This document shows positions 1-9,714 of a stretch of DNA of 62,902 nt, one piece after another (positions within the stretch are counted from its first letter, which is position 1; the number at the start of each line of letters is the position of its first letter). Source of the stretch: a virus. Lineage: Duplodnaviria > Caudoviricetes. Location: the IMG/VR virus record IMGVR_UViG_3300037245_001879, positions 1 through 62,902 of that record. One strand, given 5' to 3'. A model generated the notes under the pieces. The model was given only the letters and a program-made list of their open reading frames with translations, made no database searches and was not told where the DNA came from. The translations under genes and the position numbers were made by a program.

Positions 1-127
1 GTTTCCCTCATTTCTCTAATAGCTTTTTTTTTGTTTAATGGTTTTTTTTTAACCACATCTTTTTTATCATCTGGCATAGCTAAACTATTTTAATTACACT
101 TATTTTCGTAGAGATTCTAATTTATCT
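1..127. repeat. Terminal direct repeat, copy 1 (assembly circular overlap)
   Basis: 1-127 is identical to 62776-62902. It cuts through the 5' end of the 428-aa gene, and 127 is a common assembler k-mer size. Confidence 0.95.
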
Positions 128-513
128 ATCTGTTTAGAATAGGTATCATTAGTATTGTTAGACTGATTATTAGTTGTTGAAATATCTGCTTTAGTTGGCT
201 CACTCCATTTAATTTCTTTAACCTTCCCTCCTGCACTCTCTAAATACTTACCTGCTTTCTTGGCGAAAGCTTTAATTTTTGAACCAGGGTACACGTTTAC
301 TTTTGGATCTTGAAGCATACCTATGCTTAGTTTACCTTTTACCCCTGCTCCTGCTACTTTTGCAGCCGTGGCCGCACCTGCTTTTGCTGCTCCTGCGGCT
401 ACCGCTGTTCCTGCTTTCGCTGCTGTGGCTGCCGCTGCCTTAACAGCTACCGCTTTTGCCGCTGTAGCTGCTGCTGCTTTTGCTGCTGCTGCAGCTAATA
501 ATGGTATTGGCAT
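100..513 (-). CDS. Ala/Lys-rich putative internal virion (ejection/pilot) protein
   Basis: Low-complexity AAAAK N-terminus. Co-oriented with, and upstream across the origin of, the 428-aa and 3085-aa genes. Confidence 0.55.
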   Translation of the reverse strand: MPIPLLAAAAAKAAAATAAKAVAVKAAAATAAKAGTAVAAGAAKAGAATAAKVAGAGVKGKLSIGMLQDPKVNVYPGSKIKAFAKKAGKYLESAGGKVKEIKWSEPTKADISTTNNQSNNTNDTYSKQIDKLESLRK

Positions 514-532
514 AATATTACATTTTAATTAA

Positions 533-1081
533 TTATTGAGCAACTGCTGCAGAACCACCCTGCATACTTCCACTAACCATAGGTGTTAATCCACCTATTC
601 CAGAAAATAAATCTCTCCAACCAGCGCCCCATTCATCAGTTGAAGCTAGCCTTGCTTGTATAGATTGACCTTGTTTTTGTGCTTTAATACCTCTTAATTG
701 AGCTATTTCAGCCTTTTTCTGTGCTTCTGCTCCTACAGCTATATCACCGGCTGTTCCTGCTACTGCTTCTTGAGTAGCTTGTTGTGCGGCAACCAAAGCT
801 TCAGGGTTGGTATCTCCACCCATTACATTAGCAAAGCGTTGTTGTGTTTGTCTTGCCCTTCTAGTAGATTCAGCCATTGCCGATTTAGCGGCAGCAGATT
901 CAAATGGATTTTGAACTTTTAGTAGATCGATTTCTTTTTGCGTCTCAGATGCTTGCTTTGTAAGGCTTTCTCCATAACCCAATTTTTCCTCTCTTCTTCT
1001 TTTAGATCCAAACAGATTAGGTGTAGCAGATAAAAAGAAAGTATTTATTATTACGCGAAAGAAGTAATTGATTAATTTCAT
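533..1081 (-). CDS. Putative internal virion/ejection protein
   Basis: Helical and Ala/Gln-rich with a Gly-rich C-terminus. First gene of the operon leading to the giant protein. Confidence 0.55.
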   Translation of the reverse strand: MKLINYFFRVIINTFFLSATPNLFGSKRRREEKLGYGESLTKQASETQKEIDLLKVQNPFESAAAKSAMAESTRRARQTQQRFANVMGGDTNPEALVAAQQATQEAVAGTAGDIAVGAEAQKKAEIAQLRGIKAQKQGQSIQARLASTDEWGAGWRDLFSGIGGLTPMVSGSMQGGSAAVAQ

Positions 1082-1101
1082 AACAATGACATTTTAATTA
1101 C

Positions 1102-1114
1102 CAAAGATACTTTG
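1102..1114 (-). promoter_or_regulatory. Bacteroidota-type -7 element (TATCTTTG on - strand) inside a CAAAG-ATA-CTTTG palindrome
   Basis: Matches TAnnTTTG about 20 nt upstream of the 1081 start, in the divergent gap. No clear -33 TTTG. Confidence 0.45.
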
Positions 1115-1235
1115 ATGTTAAAGGTATTAAATTACATATAATAGCATTTAAAGGTTAAATACCGTTAGTTAACAAAAAAAATGATGTAAAAATATAGATA
1201 TATTCTTTTATTTTGTATATAAATGTACGTGAATC

Positions 1236-2093
1236 ATGGCAGAGAAAAAAAAAGAATCCGCAGTTGAAGAAAAGACCACTACTCAGAAAACCGAAACAGC
1301 ACCCATAAAGGATAAGTCTGTTGAGCAGAAAACTGAACCTGTAGACGTAGAGGAGATAGTTGATGAGGCATTGATGATATTGAACATCATGGATAAAGAA
1401 GTTGGTGGCAAAGGAGAAATTGCAGCGATTCCAGAGGATATGCGTAATTCCTTAAAGAGTATCATAGATTTATTAAACTTTGTTAAAGGAAGGTATGAAG
1501 ATCCTTTGTATAGTGCAATAATGGATGATATGAAAGATCAGGAAGAAGATGGTAAAACGCCATCTCTTGAAGTTGCTATTGCAAGGAATATTCCACTAGA
1601 GAGGATTCAAGCACTTGCCGAAGGTGAGGACTATGAAGGTACTCAAAATGAATTATCCTCTAATCTTACAGCCAAGAAACAATCAGAAGAAGAAGAAGTT
1701 GAGTATGAAGCAAGCTTTGAAGAATCCAAGAAAGCAGGAGAAGAATATGCTGCAAAAATGGGTTATGACGAAACTGAAAAAAATGATTTATTTCAAGTTG
1801 TTCTTGATTTGTTTAAGATTCTGGCTGATGGTAAAATCACAGTTGAAGAGTTTGAAAAGGTGGACAAAATGCGGAATTATGATAAGGATATGGCAGATGT
1901 AATCGGTCAAATCCCGTCTAATGATGCTAAAGAAGTTCTCCCGGATAAAGCTTCTGTTGATGCTTCCAACATGAAAACACAACAAAAACCAAAAACAACG
2001 CCTACTCCTACTGGTCCTGGTTTAACATCTATGGGTGTCTATGATAAAGTAGGCATTGATGTAACAGAGGTAGGTAAGCGTAAAAGAAAGTAA
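1236..2093 (+). CDS. Putative capsid scaffolding protein
   Basis: Acidic and helical with a basic C-terminal tip (GKRKRK), directly upstream of the MCP. Confidence 0.6.
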   Translation: MAEKKKESAVEEKTTTQKTETAPIKDKSVEQKTEPVDVEEIVDEALMILNIMDKEVGGKGEIAAIPEDMRNSLKSIIDLLNFVKGRYEDPLYSAIMDDMKDQEEDGKTPSLEVAIARNIPLERIQALAEGEDYEGTQNELSSNLTAKKQSEEEEVEYEASFEESKKAGEEYAAKMGYDETEKNDLFQVVLDLFKILADGKITVEEFEKVDKMRNYDKDMADVIGQIPSNDAKEVLPDKASVDASNMKTQQKPKTTPTPTGPGLTSMGVYDKVGIDVTEVGKRKRK

Positions 2094-2116
2094 TTAATAA
2101 TTTAAAAACTTATATC

Positions 2117-3634
2117 ATGAAACAGATTATAAAAATCTTATTTATAGCGTTATTCGCTCTTTTTGCCGTTACACCAAAAGCGGTTAGTAATAGTTTATCT
2201 CCATTTGGAGTAAATATTGATGGTATTCCCCCTGGGGATAGTACGGCAGATGCCTCAGATGTCTTCCAAGATATTAATGACTTAGCTACATTTGAAGACA
2301 ACTCAACTGAGTTTATTGCTCCTGCATGGTTAGAGATCCTTGTTCTTGTATCTCCGGCTAACTTTCCTATTAGTACATTTCTAACACAGAAAACGTTGGA
2401 TGGTATACGTGGATTAGCTAAAACTGAAGCAGCTGCTTATGCAGGTAAGAATGGTGGAAAATTGCCAGATTATTTAATTGAAACACCCGATGGTAAATCT
2501 CGCTTTAACCAAAAGTATGCGATAGACGCAGAGAGAATGAAAAATTACAAGCAATTTACTAATGATAATATTTCGAATTATAAATTGAATTGGGGTGAAA
2601 TTGCTGTTATACCATTTCAGGATACTGCAGCTACTTTGTTTGCAGGTGGCGCAACTTCAGGTACATTTACAGTGAATAACATTAACATGTGGACACGTGG
2701 TTGTTTAATGAAGGTTCAAGGTAAGACATACGGAACAGGCGAAGAACTTGTGGTATTTGTTAATCTAGTAGCCACTGGCACCGATACTGTTAGCATTATT
2801 TCTGTAGCCAATGACGGAGCGGAGAACATTCCAGCCATTGCTGCTGATGATCAATTAACAAGAATGGGTACTGCTAAATCAGAACTTGATGTTAAAAATG
2901 ATGCAGTAATGCAGTCTCCTGTAAGCGATTTTAACTATGCTCAGAAGTTTATTACATCTGTAGTATATTCAAATTGGTTGATGATGACTCAGTTGTTTAC
3001 TAACTATTCATTCTCTTTGATAACTAATCTTGCGCTTCAAGATTTCCGTTACGGACAGGAATTTGCATTTATGTTTGGTGTACGTTCTAAGTTTACTGCA
3101 ACTAAACCTGCTGGTGGAACTGAAGATATTATTACAACTGGTGGTTTAAGTCAATACATCGATCAAACTATTACATACGGTACTGGTGGAGGAAATACTA
3201 CTATTACTGAAACGGATATAGTTGATTACACGAAACAAATGCGTGTTGGTAATAACGGTTCGGATACTCGTTACTTATTTGCAGGTTCAGAACTAATTAG
3301 TTCGCTTAATAAAGGTGTAATGAGTGATTCTACACGTTTCGTTAAGAAAGATTACGATACTGTTTATGGATTGTCATTTACAGTACTATATAGTTTCTTT
3401 GGCACTATCAATGTAATGTATGCTCCTTTAATGGATCAATCAGATTACCGTGATAAAGGATTCTTATTGGATATGCAGTTCGTTGACAAATTTGTATTCC
3501 AACCGTTTAGAGAAACTAAAGTAAATCTTTGGGAACTACGAGAGGCAGATGCACAATCAATCGATATGGTTGAAACATGTGGTCTTGTTCTGAGAAATAC
3601 AGATACTCACTTTATAATGGAAGTTGCGGCTTAA
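2117..3634 (+). CDS. Major capsid protein (HK97 fold, SU10/DUF5309-like) with signal-peptide-like N-terminus
   Basis: Motifs NYAQKFITSV, EFAFMFG, TTGGLSQYI, YGLSFTVLYSFFGTINV and GFLLD resemble SU10-type MCPs. It follows the scaffold and is followed by a hairpin. Confidence 0.8.
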   Translation: MKQIIKILFIALFALFAVTPKAVSNSLSPFGVNIDGIPPGDSTADASDVFQDINDLATFEDNSTEFIAPAWLEILVLVSPANFPISTFLTQKTLDGIRGLAKTEAAAYAGKNGGKLPDYLIETPDGKSRFNQKYAIDAERMKNYKQFTNDNISNYKLNWGEIAVIPFQDTAATLFAGGATSGTFTVNNINMWTRGCLMKVQGKTYGTGEELVVFVNLVATGTDTVSIISVANDGAENIPAIAADDQLTRMGTAKSELDVKNDAVMQSPVSDFNYAQKFITSVVYSNWLMMTQLFTNYSFSLITNLALQDFRYGQEFAFMFGVRSKFTATKPAGGTEDIITTGGLSQYIDQTITYGTGGGNTTITETDIVDYTKQMRVGNNGSDTRYLFAGSELISSLNKGVMSDSTRFVKKDYDTVYGLSFTVLYSFFGTINVMYAPLMDQSDYRDKGFLLDMQFVDKFVFQPFRETKVNLWELREADAQSIDMVETCGLVLRNTDTHFIMEVAA

Positions 3635-3645
3635 TCGATTAGGTC

Positions 3646-3686
3646 ATGTCTTTGGAGGTGCCGGGTAACCAGCATCTCTTTGACAT
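3646..3686 (+). terminator. Stem-loop after MCP (leaky terminator or mRNA stabiliser)
   Basis: GGAGGTGC(3654-3661)/GCATCTCT(3672-3679) stem, extended by ATGTC/GACAT. The U-tract is short. Confidence 0.5.
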
Positions 3687-3714
3687 ATCTAATATTAACT
3701 AATATAAACAAGAC

Positions 3715-4485
3715 ATGAAAAGAGAAACTTTTATTTTAAAAAAAACTAAGCCTTTTAGATATTTTACTAACATATATCTAAAAAGCGAAGATGGTAAAAC
3801 AGAGAAGCGTAATGTAACGTTTACTACAGAGCATAAGGTAAGCGAAAAACAACGCAACAAAAATGCCCGTAAAATTAATGCTGAATTAAGCACTAATGAT
3901 GAAAAGGTTTATGATGGATTACTACGTAGTCCTGCCTATGGTAAAACTTTCGTATTGAAAGGTGACGATGAAGGTAAACTTAAAAAAGAACCTTTTAACA
4001 TCACACCATTGGATGCTAAAAAGATTGCACTAAAGAATCTATTTGAAGCCGCTGGCCTTGAATTTGATTCAGAAAAGTCTCCAGAGGTACTTGAAGAAGA
4101 ATACAGGATATTTGCTAGTGCCATAACAGGCATCAACATAAAAAAGAATGGTCCTGCTGAGATTCATCATGTTCCAGTTGATGTTGAACAACAATTGCTT
4201 GAACATGCCAATACCGCAAGGGAAGCGTATAAAGCTAAGTACAAAGAGGATGTTCCTGATGAGTACAAAAACGACTTAGGATTCTTAAGTGCTCTATCTG
4301 ATCCTAAATTTGATGCTAAAGCCTATATGGAAAAAGCTGAAGGTGATGTTGCTGATGAACCTAAAACTGACAAAGAGTATCTTATTGAAGATCTCCAAGC
4401 AAAATACTTTGATAAGTTCAAAGTCAATGTGGCTAATGCCAAGAAAAATGATGCTGCTTGGATTAAGAAAAAGCTTGAAGAATAA
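3715..4485 (+). CDS. Hypothetical head-module protein
   Basis: 256-aa charged ORF immediately after the MCP. Confidence 0.6.
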   Translation: MKRETFILKKTKPFRYFTNIYLKSEDGKTEKRNVTFTTEHKVSEKQRNKNARKINAELSTNDEKVYDGLLRSPAYGKTFVLKGDDEGKLKKEPFNITPLDAKKIALKNLFEAAGLEFDSEKSPEVLEEEYRIFASAITGINIKKNGPAEIHHVPVDVEQQLLEHANTAREAYKAKYKEDVPDEYKNDLGFLSALSDPKFDAKAYMEKAEGDVADEPKTDKEYLIEDLQAKYFDKFKVNVANAKKNDAAWIKKKLEE

Positions 4486-4526
4486 TAGTAAACTTGCTTA
4501 AAAGTATATTAATTAAAAAAAAACCA

Positions 4527-4955
4527 ATGAAAAATTCATTTTTAATATTAGGACTAATTTTAGCCTTAAACATTTCGGCTCAAACAAAATTACGTGATAC
4601 CGGTAAATTCTTTGCACTAGGTAGACAATATGATACTTTAGTGGCCTCGCAAACTCTAAACTATGATTTAGAGTTAGGTGATGATGTGTATGGTGTTATG
4701 ACTATAGCTGTTGAATCAGATACAGTATCCGGAACATCTGCTTATTCTTCATATTTAATGAAATCAATGAATGGTGAAGACTATGTGCCTGTTGACACGA
4801 TAGCACACACTGGTGGTAATCCTGATTATGGAGAATTTGACCCCGTGAACACTACGCATCCTTATTGGCGTATCAGTACTGTTGCCACAGCTACGGCTCA
4901 AAGAAGCTTCTTAAAACTTTGGGGTCGAGTCGATAAACGTGTTATAATTCAATAA
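4527..4955 (+). CDS. Signal-peptide-bearing beta-rich protein (candidate capsid decoration)
   Basis: ATG at 4527 gives MKNSFLILGLILALNISA|Q. The mature part is beta-strand rich with three D(S/T)x sequons. Confidence 0.65.
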   Translation: MKNSFLILGLILALNISAQTKLRDTGKFFALGRQYDTLVASQTLNYDLELGDDVYGVMTIAVESDTVSGTSAYSSYLMKSMNGEDYVPVDTIAHTGGNPDYGEFDPVNTTHPYWRISTVATATAQRSFLKLWGRVDKRVIIQ

Positions 4956-4976
4956 ATAATAATTGTAAGATAAATT

Positions 4977-5010
4977 AAAAAGGGAGTCAGTAATACTAAC
5001 TCCCTTTTTT
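4977..5010 (+). terminator. Rho-independent terminator
   Basis: AAAAA-GGGAGT...ACTCCC-TTTTTT. Confidence 0.8.
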
Positions 5011-5023
5011 TAAAACAATACCA

Positions 5024-5314
5024 ATGGAGGTAAATAAACTATACAAAGTTAAGCGAACAAATTTCCAAGGCAACACAGGTGCCCAAGGAAGTTTATTGAT
5101 ACATGGTGCAGGAGTCAGTATTCAAGTATTAGGGAGTAAATCTTTACCGTCTGCATTGGCCGACATGGTTGATATTATGAATGGCACCCTTTTAGAAGGT
5201 GAAGGAGCTTATGCTTTTACAACGTTCCCTGAATATTTATATTTTGTTGGAACTGCCGATAAAATTGATTTGATTGATTATGACGAAGTTGACGAATTAG
5301 GAGAATTATCATAA
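5024..5314 (+). CDS. Small putative virion protein
   Basis: 96-aa ORF in the structural operon, preceding the fibre gene. Confidence 0.55.
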   Translation: MEVNKLYKVKRTNFQGNTGAQGSLLIHGAGVSIQVLGSKSLPSALADMVDIMNGTLLEGEGAYAFTTFPEYLYFVGTADKIDLIDYDEVDELGELS

Positions 5315-5327
5315 ACGGAGGATTACC

Positions 5328-8300
5328 TTGGGTGGAGAATTAAAAACAATAGGATTATTGCTCAGCGGTATCAGTGATGGCATTATTTATATCTACGGGA
5401 ATGAATTTACTGATGGTGGTATAAGATTTATTCGTGATGGAGATATTACAAGATTAGAGGAACGCATAGATGGTATATGGCAACCTAGTTCTTTAAAGAC
5501 TGGAGCTGGCACTGTGTGGCTCGGCGAAAATGTAGGGATTGCCGGAGTTGGACATCATTTAGCTGCTGAATCTGTTGATGGGCATCTTCACTTTCATGCT
5601 CACAGTGAGTTTGATGGACAAATTTCTCAAGAAGATACACAGATAGTTGATGCGTATGCATTCACTCCAAGAATGTTATATCAACCAGATGATTCAGGAA
5701 GTTTTACGGGTAAGTTATTTGAATTTACTCTTCATTTTCCTACTCATATAATGTCAAAAAATATATATTACAAAACACATACAACAGCAGCAACAAAACC
5801 AGTAAGAATTCAAGTCTGGAAAGGTATTGATGATACTGGTTCACTTGTTTTAGATCAAACGTATCCGGCTAATCAATTTCCGGTCAATAGTGAAGTTCAG
5901 GCGCCTTATAATGGATATGTGGAATATGATGCAAATATTACCTATTTTGTAAGATTTACTAGCGATGAAGATTTCTCTTTTAAAACTGATGTTACTAATT
6001 CAACGGTATGGATTGCAGTAGATACTATTTTTGTTAGAGAGGATAATATATTACAAACAAAACCTTATACTGACGGAGATATATATGTCGAAGGAGACTA
6101 CCTGATACAAGATAGAAAAATATATATTTGTAATGTAACCGGTGTACAAACGGGTACGTGGGAAGAGAACTCAGAAAAATGGGAAACTATTGGGGCTTCA
6201 CATATATCTTATAATGAAGCAGCAAATTTTGCTGCATTACCTGATGCTACTCAGCATCCATCTAAAATATATATAGTTCTTGCATCAACAGGGTATAATT
6301 GGAGTAAAAGAAAAGGATTATATTATTCTGACGGCGTAGCATGGACAAGATTATCTAATGTCTCGTATGAAGTAACAGACGCTGAAGCGTTTTTTCGAGA
6401 CGATATCGATAATAGCAAGATAGCAAAATTTGAGTTATCAGAAATTTCAGCAGACACAACAAGAACTTATACCTTCCCAGACACTTCAGGAAGAATATTT
6501 GTTGATGGAATGACAGCCGATATTAGTTTAAATGGAATTATAACAGCAATAGCAGGAAATTCAACTAATTGGAATGAGGCTTACGGTTGGGGTGATCATG
6601 CAGCAGCCGGTTATCTGACTTCTGAAACAGATCCAATATTTAACGCATGGGACAAGTCAACCGGGATAGTAATCACTGAAAGCCAAATATCCGACCTCCA
6701 AGCATATCTATTAACTGAGACTGATCCTATTTTTTCCGCCTGGGATAAATCCAGTGGTATTTCTATAACAGAATCACAGATATCTGACTTAAGTCATTTC
6801 AGCGGTGAAATTAGCGATTTAACAGGTGCCGGCCCTCTTCAATTTTCTTCAATAGTTGGACAAAAGATCAATCTTTATGATGATACTTATTCTATTGGTG
6901 TTCAATCAGGCGAACTCAGAATTACCAGTAATCAAGATATCGCCTTTCGTACAGGCGGTTACGATGGCGATGAAAGAATGCGATTGTCAGAGTCTGGTAC
7001 TCTTGATGTTCCGTATAGAGTCAATACACCAATTTTACGTAATTCAAGCGGTCTTCTTAAAATTCAACCAAATGCAAACGATGATGTTGAATTATTTGGT
7101 GATACCAATGTAGGGAACGCAGAAAATAGTAAAATCTTTAAAGTATGGCGCAGGGCATCAGAAGGTAACGATTACATCAGATTTTATATAAGTGCCAGTA
7201 GAAATGCCTATATCCATGCTAGTCGTCCTTTGACATTACAAGCACAAGTTGATTTTACAATTAATTCTGTTACTGATGATATAATTTTTAAAGTAGGGGA
7301 TAATGAAGGGGATAAAAAATTCTATTTTAAAGATAGTGATGATGTTGATTTAATGGTATTAAATAGTAATGGTTCACTTACTTTAACTGGAAATATTACA
7401 GTATCAGGTACAGTAGATGGTGTGGATATTGCAACATTAAATGCTGAAGTGGATAATAAAGCTCCACAGGATAATCCATCATTAACTGGTGGCGTGTATA
7501 TAGAAAATAGTCTACGATTTCATGATAACTCTATGCAGAATGAAGCTGCTGAACGAAATTTTAGTTTAGGACATACACATACAGCAATTCCAAATAGTTA
7601 TTATGATAGTAGTGCCGAGAATATAGCAGAAAGAGGATTAGCTTTTAGTTCTAATGGAGAGAAATTGTATATTGTTGGTTTAGCTAATGGAGGTGTAGGA
7701 GATAGTACAATTTGGGAATACCCTTTATCAATTGCTTGGGACTTATCTACAGTTGGTACACCAACTACTAAAAGTGTTGAATTATATAGTAATAATGCAA
7801 CAGGTATTTGTTTTAGCCCTAACGGTAGAACTATGTATCTTTCCGATGCTAGTAATGATATTGTTAGTAGATGGACTTCAATTTTAGCATGGAATCTTGC
7901 AACATTTAACTATGTTGAAGAATTAGATGTTAGTAATGAAGAAACATCACCTGGTGGTGTTGATATTAGTCCTGATGGTGGAAAACTCTATATTATTGGT
8001 ACTAGTAGTGATGCAGTACAACAGTATAGTTTATCTACTAATTGGGAACTTTCCAATGTAATACATGTAGGATCATTTGGAACATCTATTGATAATCCAA
8101 CTTGTGTACGTTTTAGTTCAGATGGTCGAAGAATGTATGTTATGGATGGATCAGCTGAAGACGATATACATGAATATCACTTATCTACTCCTTGGATGGT
8201 AACAACCGCAGTCTTAAAAAATCTATATAATGTTAGTAATGAAAATGCTAGTCCTCAAGGTATTTTTCTTAAATCAGATAACTCGACCATATATATGGTT

Positions 8301-8507
8301 GGGACAAGTACTCCTGAAGGTGTATATGCTTATGATTTAGGATTAGAAGTTGGTGGTGCTATTATAAGTAACAATGGCCCTGTTCAGGTAGGCAATATGA
8401 CTACAACTCAGAGAGATGCTTTAGTTGCAGTTAACGGGATGATAATACATAATACAACAACTAATGTATTTAACTTTTATGAAAATGGAAGTTGGGTACC
8501 TAAATAA
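5328..8507 (+). CDS. Long fibre/receptor-binding protein (no signal peptide) with C-terminal beta-propeller
   Basis: Mosaic fibre motifs (ETDPIF repeats, VDGVDIA, TTTQRDAL..NGMII.NTT) and repeated FS.DG.K/R.Y blades near the C-terminus. TTG start. Confidence 0.7.
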   Translation: MGGELKTIGLLLSGISDGIIYIYGNEFTDGGIRFIRDGDITRLEERIDGIWQPSSLKTGAGTVWLGENVGIAGVGHHLAAESVDGHLHFHAHSEFDGQISQEDTQIVDAYAFTPRMLYQPDDSGSFTGKLFEFTLHFPTHIMSKNIYYKTHTTAATKPVRIQVWKGIDDTGSLVLDQTYPANQFPVNSEVQAPYNGYVEYDANITYFVRFTSDEDFSFKTDVTNSTVWIAVDTIFVREDNILQTKPYTDGDIYVEGDYLIQDRKIYICNVTGVQTGTWEENSEKWETIGASHISYNEAANFAALPDATQHPSKIYIVLASTGYNWSKRKGLYYSDGVAWTRLSNVSYEVTDAEAFFRDDIDNSKIAKFELSEISADTTRTYTFPDTSGRIFVDGMTADISLNGIITAIAGNSTNWNEAYGWGDHAAAGYLTSETDPIFNAWDKSTGIVITESQISDLQAYLLTETDPIFSAWDKSSGISITESQISDLSHFSGEISDLTGAGPLQFSSIVGQKINLYDDTYSIGVQSGELRITSNQDIAFRTGGYDGDERMRLSESGTLDVPYRVNTPILRNSSGLLKIQPNANDDVELFGDTNVGNAENSKIFKVWRRASEGNDYIRFYISASRNAYIHASRPLTLQAQVDFTINSVTDDIIFKVGDNEGDKKFYFKDSDDVDLMVLNSNGSLTLTGNITVSGTVDGVDIATLNAEVDNKAPQDNPSLTGGVYIENSLRFHDNSMQNEAAERNFSLGHTHTAIPNSYYDSSAENIAERGLAFSSNGEKLYIVGLANGGVGDSTIWEYPLSIAWDLSTVGTPTTKSVELYSNNATGICFSPNGRTMYLSDASNDIVSRWTSILAWNLATFNYVEELDVSNEETSPGGVDISPDGGKLYIIGTSSDAVQQYSLSTNWELSNVIHVGSFGTSIDNPTCVRFSSDGRRMYVMDGSAEDDIHEYHLSTPWMVTTAVLKNLYNVSNENASPQGIFLKSDNSTIYMVGTSTPEGVYAYDLGLEVGGAIISNNGPVQVGNMTTTQRDALVAVNGMIIHNTTTNVFNFYENGSWVPK
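6612..6791 (+). repeat. Two tandem 93-nt (31-aa) coding repeats YLxxETDPIFxAWDKSxGIxITESQISDL
   Basis: Direct comparison of the translated segments starting at 6612 and 6705. Confidence 0.85.
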
Positions 8508-8514
8508 TAATTAA

Positions 8515-8658
8515 ATGGAAAAACAAGAAGCACATAAAATCTTAACAGATGTATGTATGGTTTATAAAGGTACTCGAGGAGAGCATATTGTAATTCAAAA
8601 AGCATTGGATGCATTAAAACCGGTACCACAAAAAAATATCAAACCAGATAAAAAATAG
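8515..8658 (+). CDS. Small 47-aa protein (possible fibre chaperone)
   Basis: MEKQEAHKILTDVC...KPDKK* fills the gap after the fibre gene. It is below the ORF-track cutoff. Confidence 0.5.
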   Translation: MEKQEAHKILTDVCMVYKGTRGEHIVIQKALDALKPVPQKNIKPDKK

Positions 8659-8667
8659 AATTTAACT

Positions 8668-9336
8668 ATGTCAAAGACAGCTTCCGAAATAGTAGATAGG
8701 GCGTTAACACTCATTGATGAGGTGCCAACCTCGTTTGTTACTGCAGCGACTACAGAGACAAGTATTCGCGAACAGGCTTTAGAGATATTGCCAGAAGTTT
8801 GTCGTGATTTAGTTAAGGAACTACCTTATGAATTAAAGCGATATTTAGCAATAGAAGGTGTATTATTTTCAGATGCTTTAATTAATGGTGAGAGTCAGAA
8901 TAACTATACTAAACAAAAGATAGCTTTTAAAGCTCCATCAGATTTTTGGGAATTAGTATCTATGCGGTTAACCGCTTGGGCTAAACCGGTAACTAAGTAT
9001 ATTCTTATTGATGGGGAAGAATATGCCAAGCAAAACAATCCATTTTCAAGAGCAGGTAAACAAAATCCTGTTATTGCTATAAGTAATACAGTCGTATTCG
9101 CTAATGCCCGTATTGAATGTTTTTCTATTAATAACGGAGATGCAACAACGATTGATGTATTCCAGTACATAAAATTCACTAACGTTCCAGATGATTCCGG
9201 CAATACATGGCCTGACGAACTATTTGATGAGGTTACAAAAGCATTGGCAACGGAACTACACATTATCAAATCAAGAATTGATGAAGCTGTAATTAAAGGA
9301 GAAGAAACAGTAAACGCCATAGAACAACACGAATAA
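8668..9336 (+). CDS. Putative head-tail adaptor/ring protein
   Basis: N-terminal TASEIVDRALTLIDE helix typical of podoviral adaptor (tubular A/gp4-like) proteins. Confidence 0.55.
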   Translation: MSKTASEIVDRALTLIDEVPTSFVTAATTETSIREQALEILPEVCRDLVKELPYELKRYLAIEGVLFSDALINGESQNNYTKQKIAFKAPSDFWELVSMRLTAWAKPVTKYILIDGEEYAKQNNPFSRAGKQNPVIAISNTVVFANARIECFSINNGDATTIDVFQYIKFTNVPDDSGNTWPDELFDEVTKALATELHIIKSRIDEAVIKGEETVNAIEQHE

Positions 9337-9357
9337 TAAACTTTAAAACTATAAATC

Positions 9358-9714
9358 ATGAATGACAAGAATGACAAGATAGAAAAAATGGACGATGGTA
9401 AGGATAAGGAATTAATGAAGATTATTGCTGAAGGTGGAAAGCCTTTCATCCGTAAATCTGATGGTGATGCCGTTAAGGTATCGGAAGATAAAGAAATAAA
9501 GTATAAGGATTATGATGATCAGGAATTAACATTGGCTGTTCCGGCAGGAAGTTATGTTGTTATTGATGAAAATGGTTGTGCTCCAAAAATTGTAACTGCA
9601 GAAGATTGGGAATCTAAAAATAAATTTATTGAAGGTGATAAGCCTAAAAAAGAAAAGAAGAAAGATGATTCCCGTAAAATAGGGATTGAATTAATTGGAA
9701 ATTCTGATTATTAA
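9358..9714 (+). CDS. Hypothetical protein
   Basis: 118-aa ORF whose stop overlaps the next start. Confidence 0.6.
   Translation: MNDKNDKIEKMDDGKDKELMKIIAEGGKPFIRKSDGDAVKVSEDKEIKYKDYDDQELTLAVPAGSYVVIDENGCAPKIVTAEDWESKNKFIEGDKPKKEKKKDDSRKIGIELIGNSDY

Noticed and set aside
1-127. 127-bp terminal repeat as a biological DTR
   Set aside because: The length equals a common assembler k-mer and it interrupts a CDS, so it is best explained as circular overlap.
323-532. Ala-rich + strand ORF and other antisense/nested ORFs (e.g. 8904-9449, 27174-27818, 52425-52739, 59130-59444)
   Set aside because: These are shadows of longer, motif-bearing genes on the opposite strand or frame.
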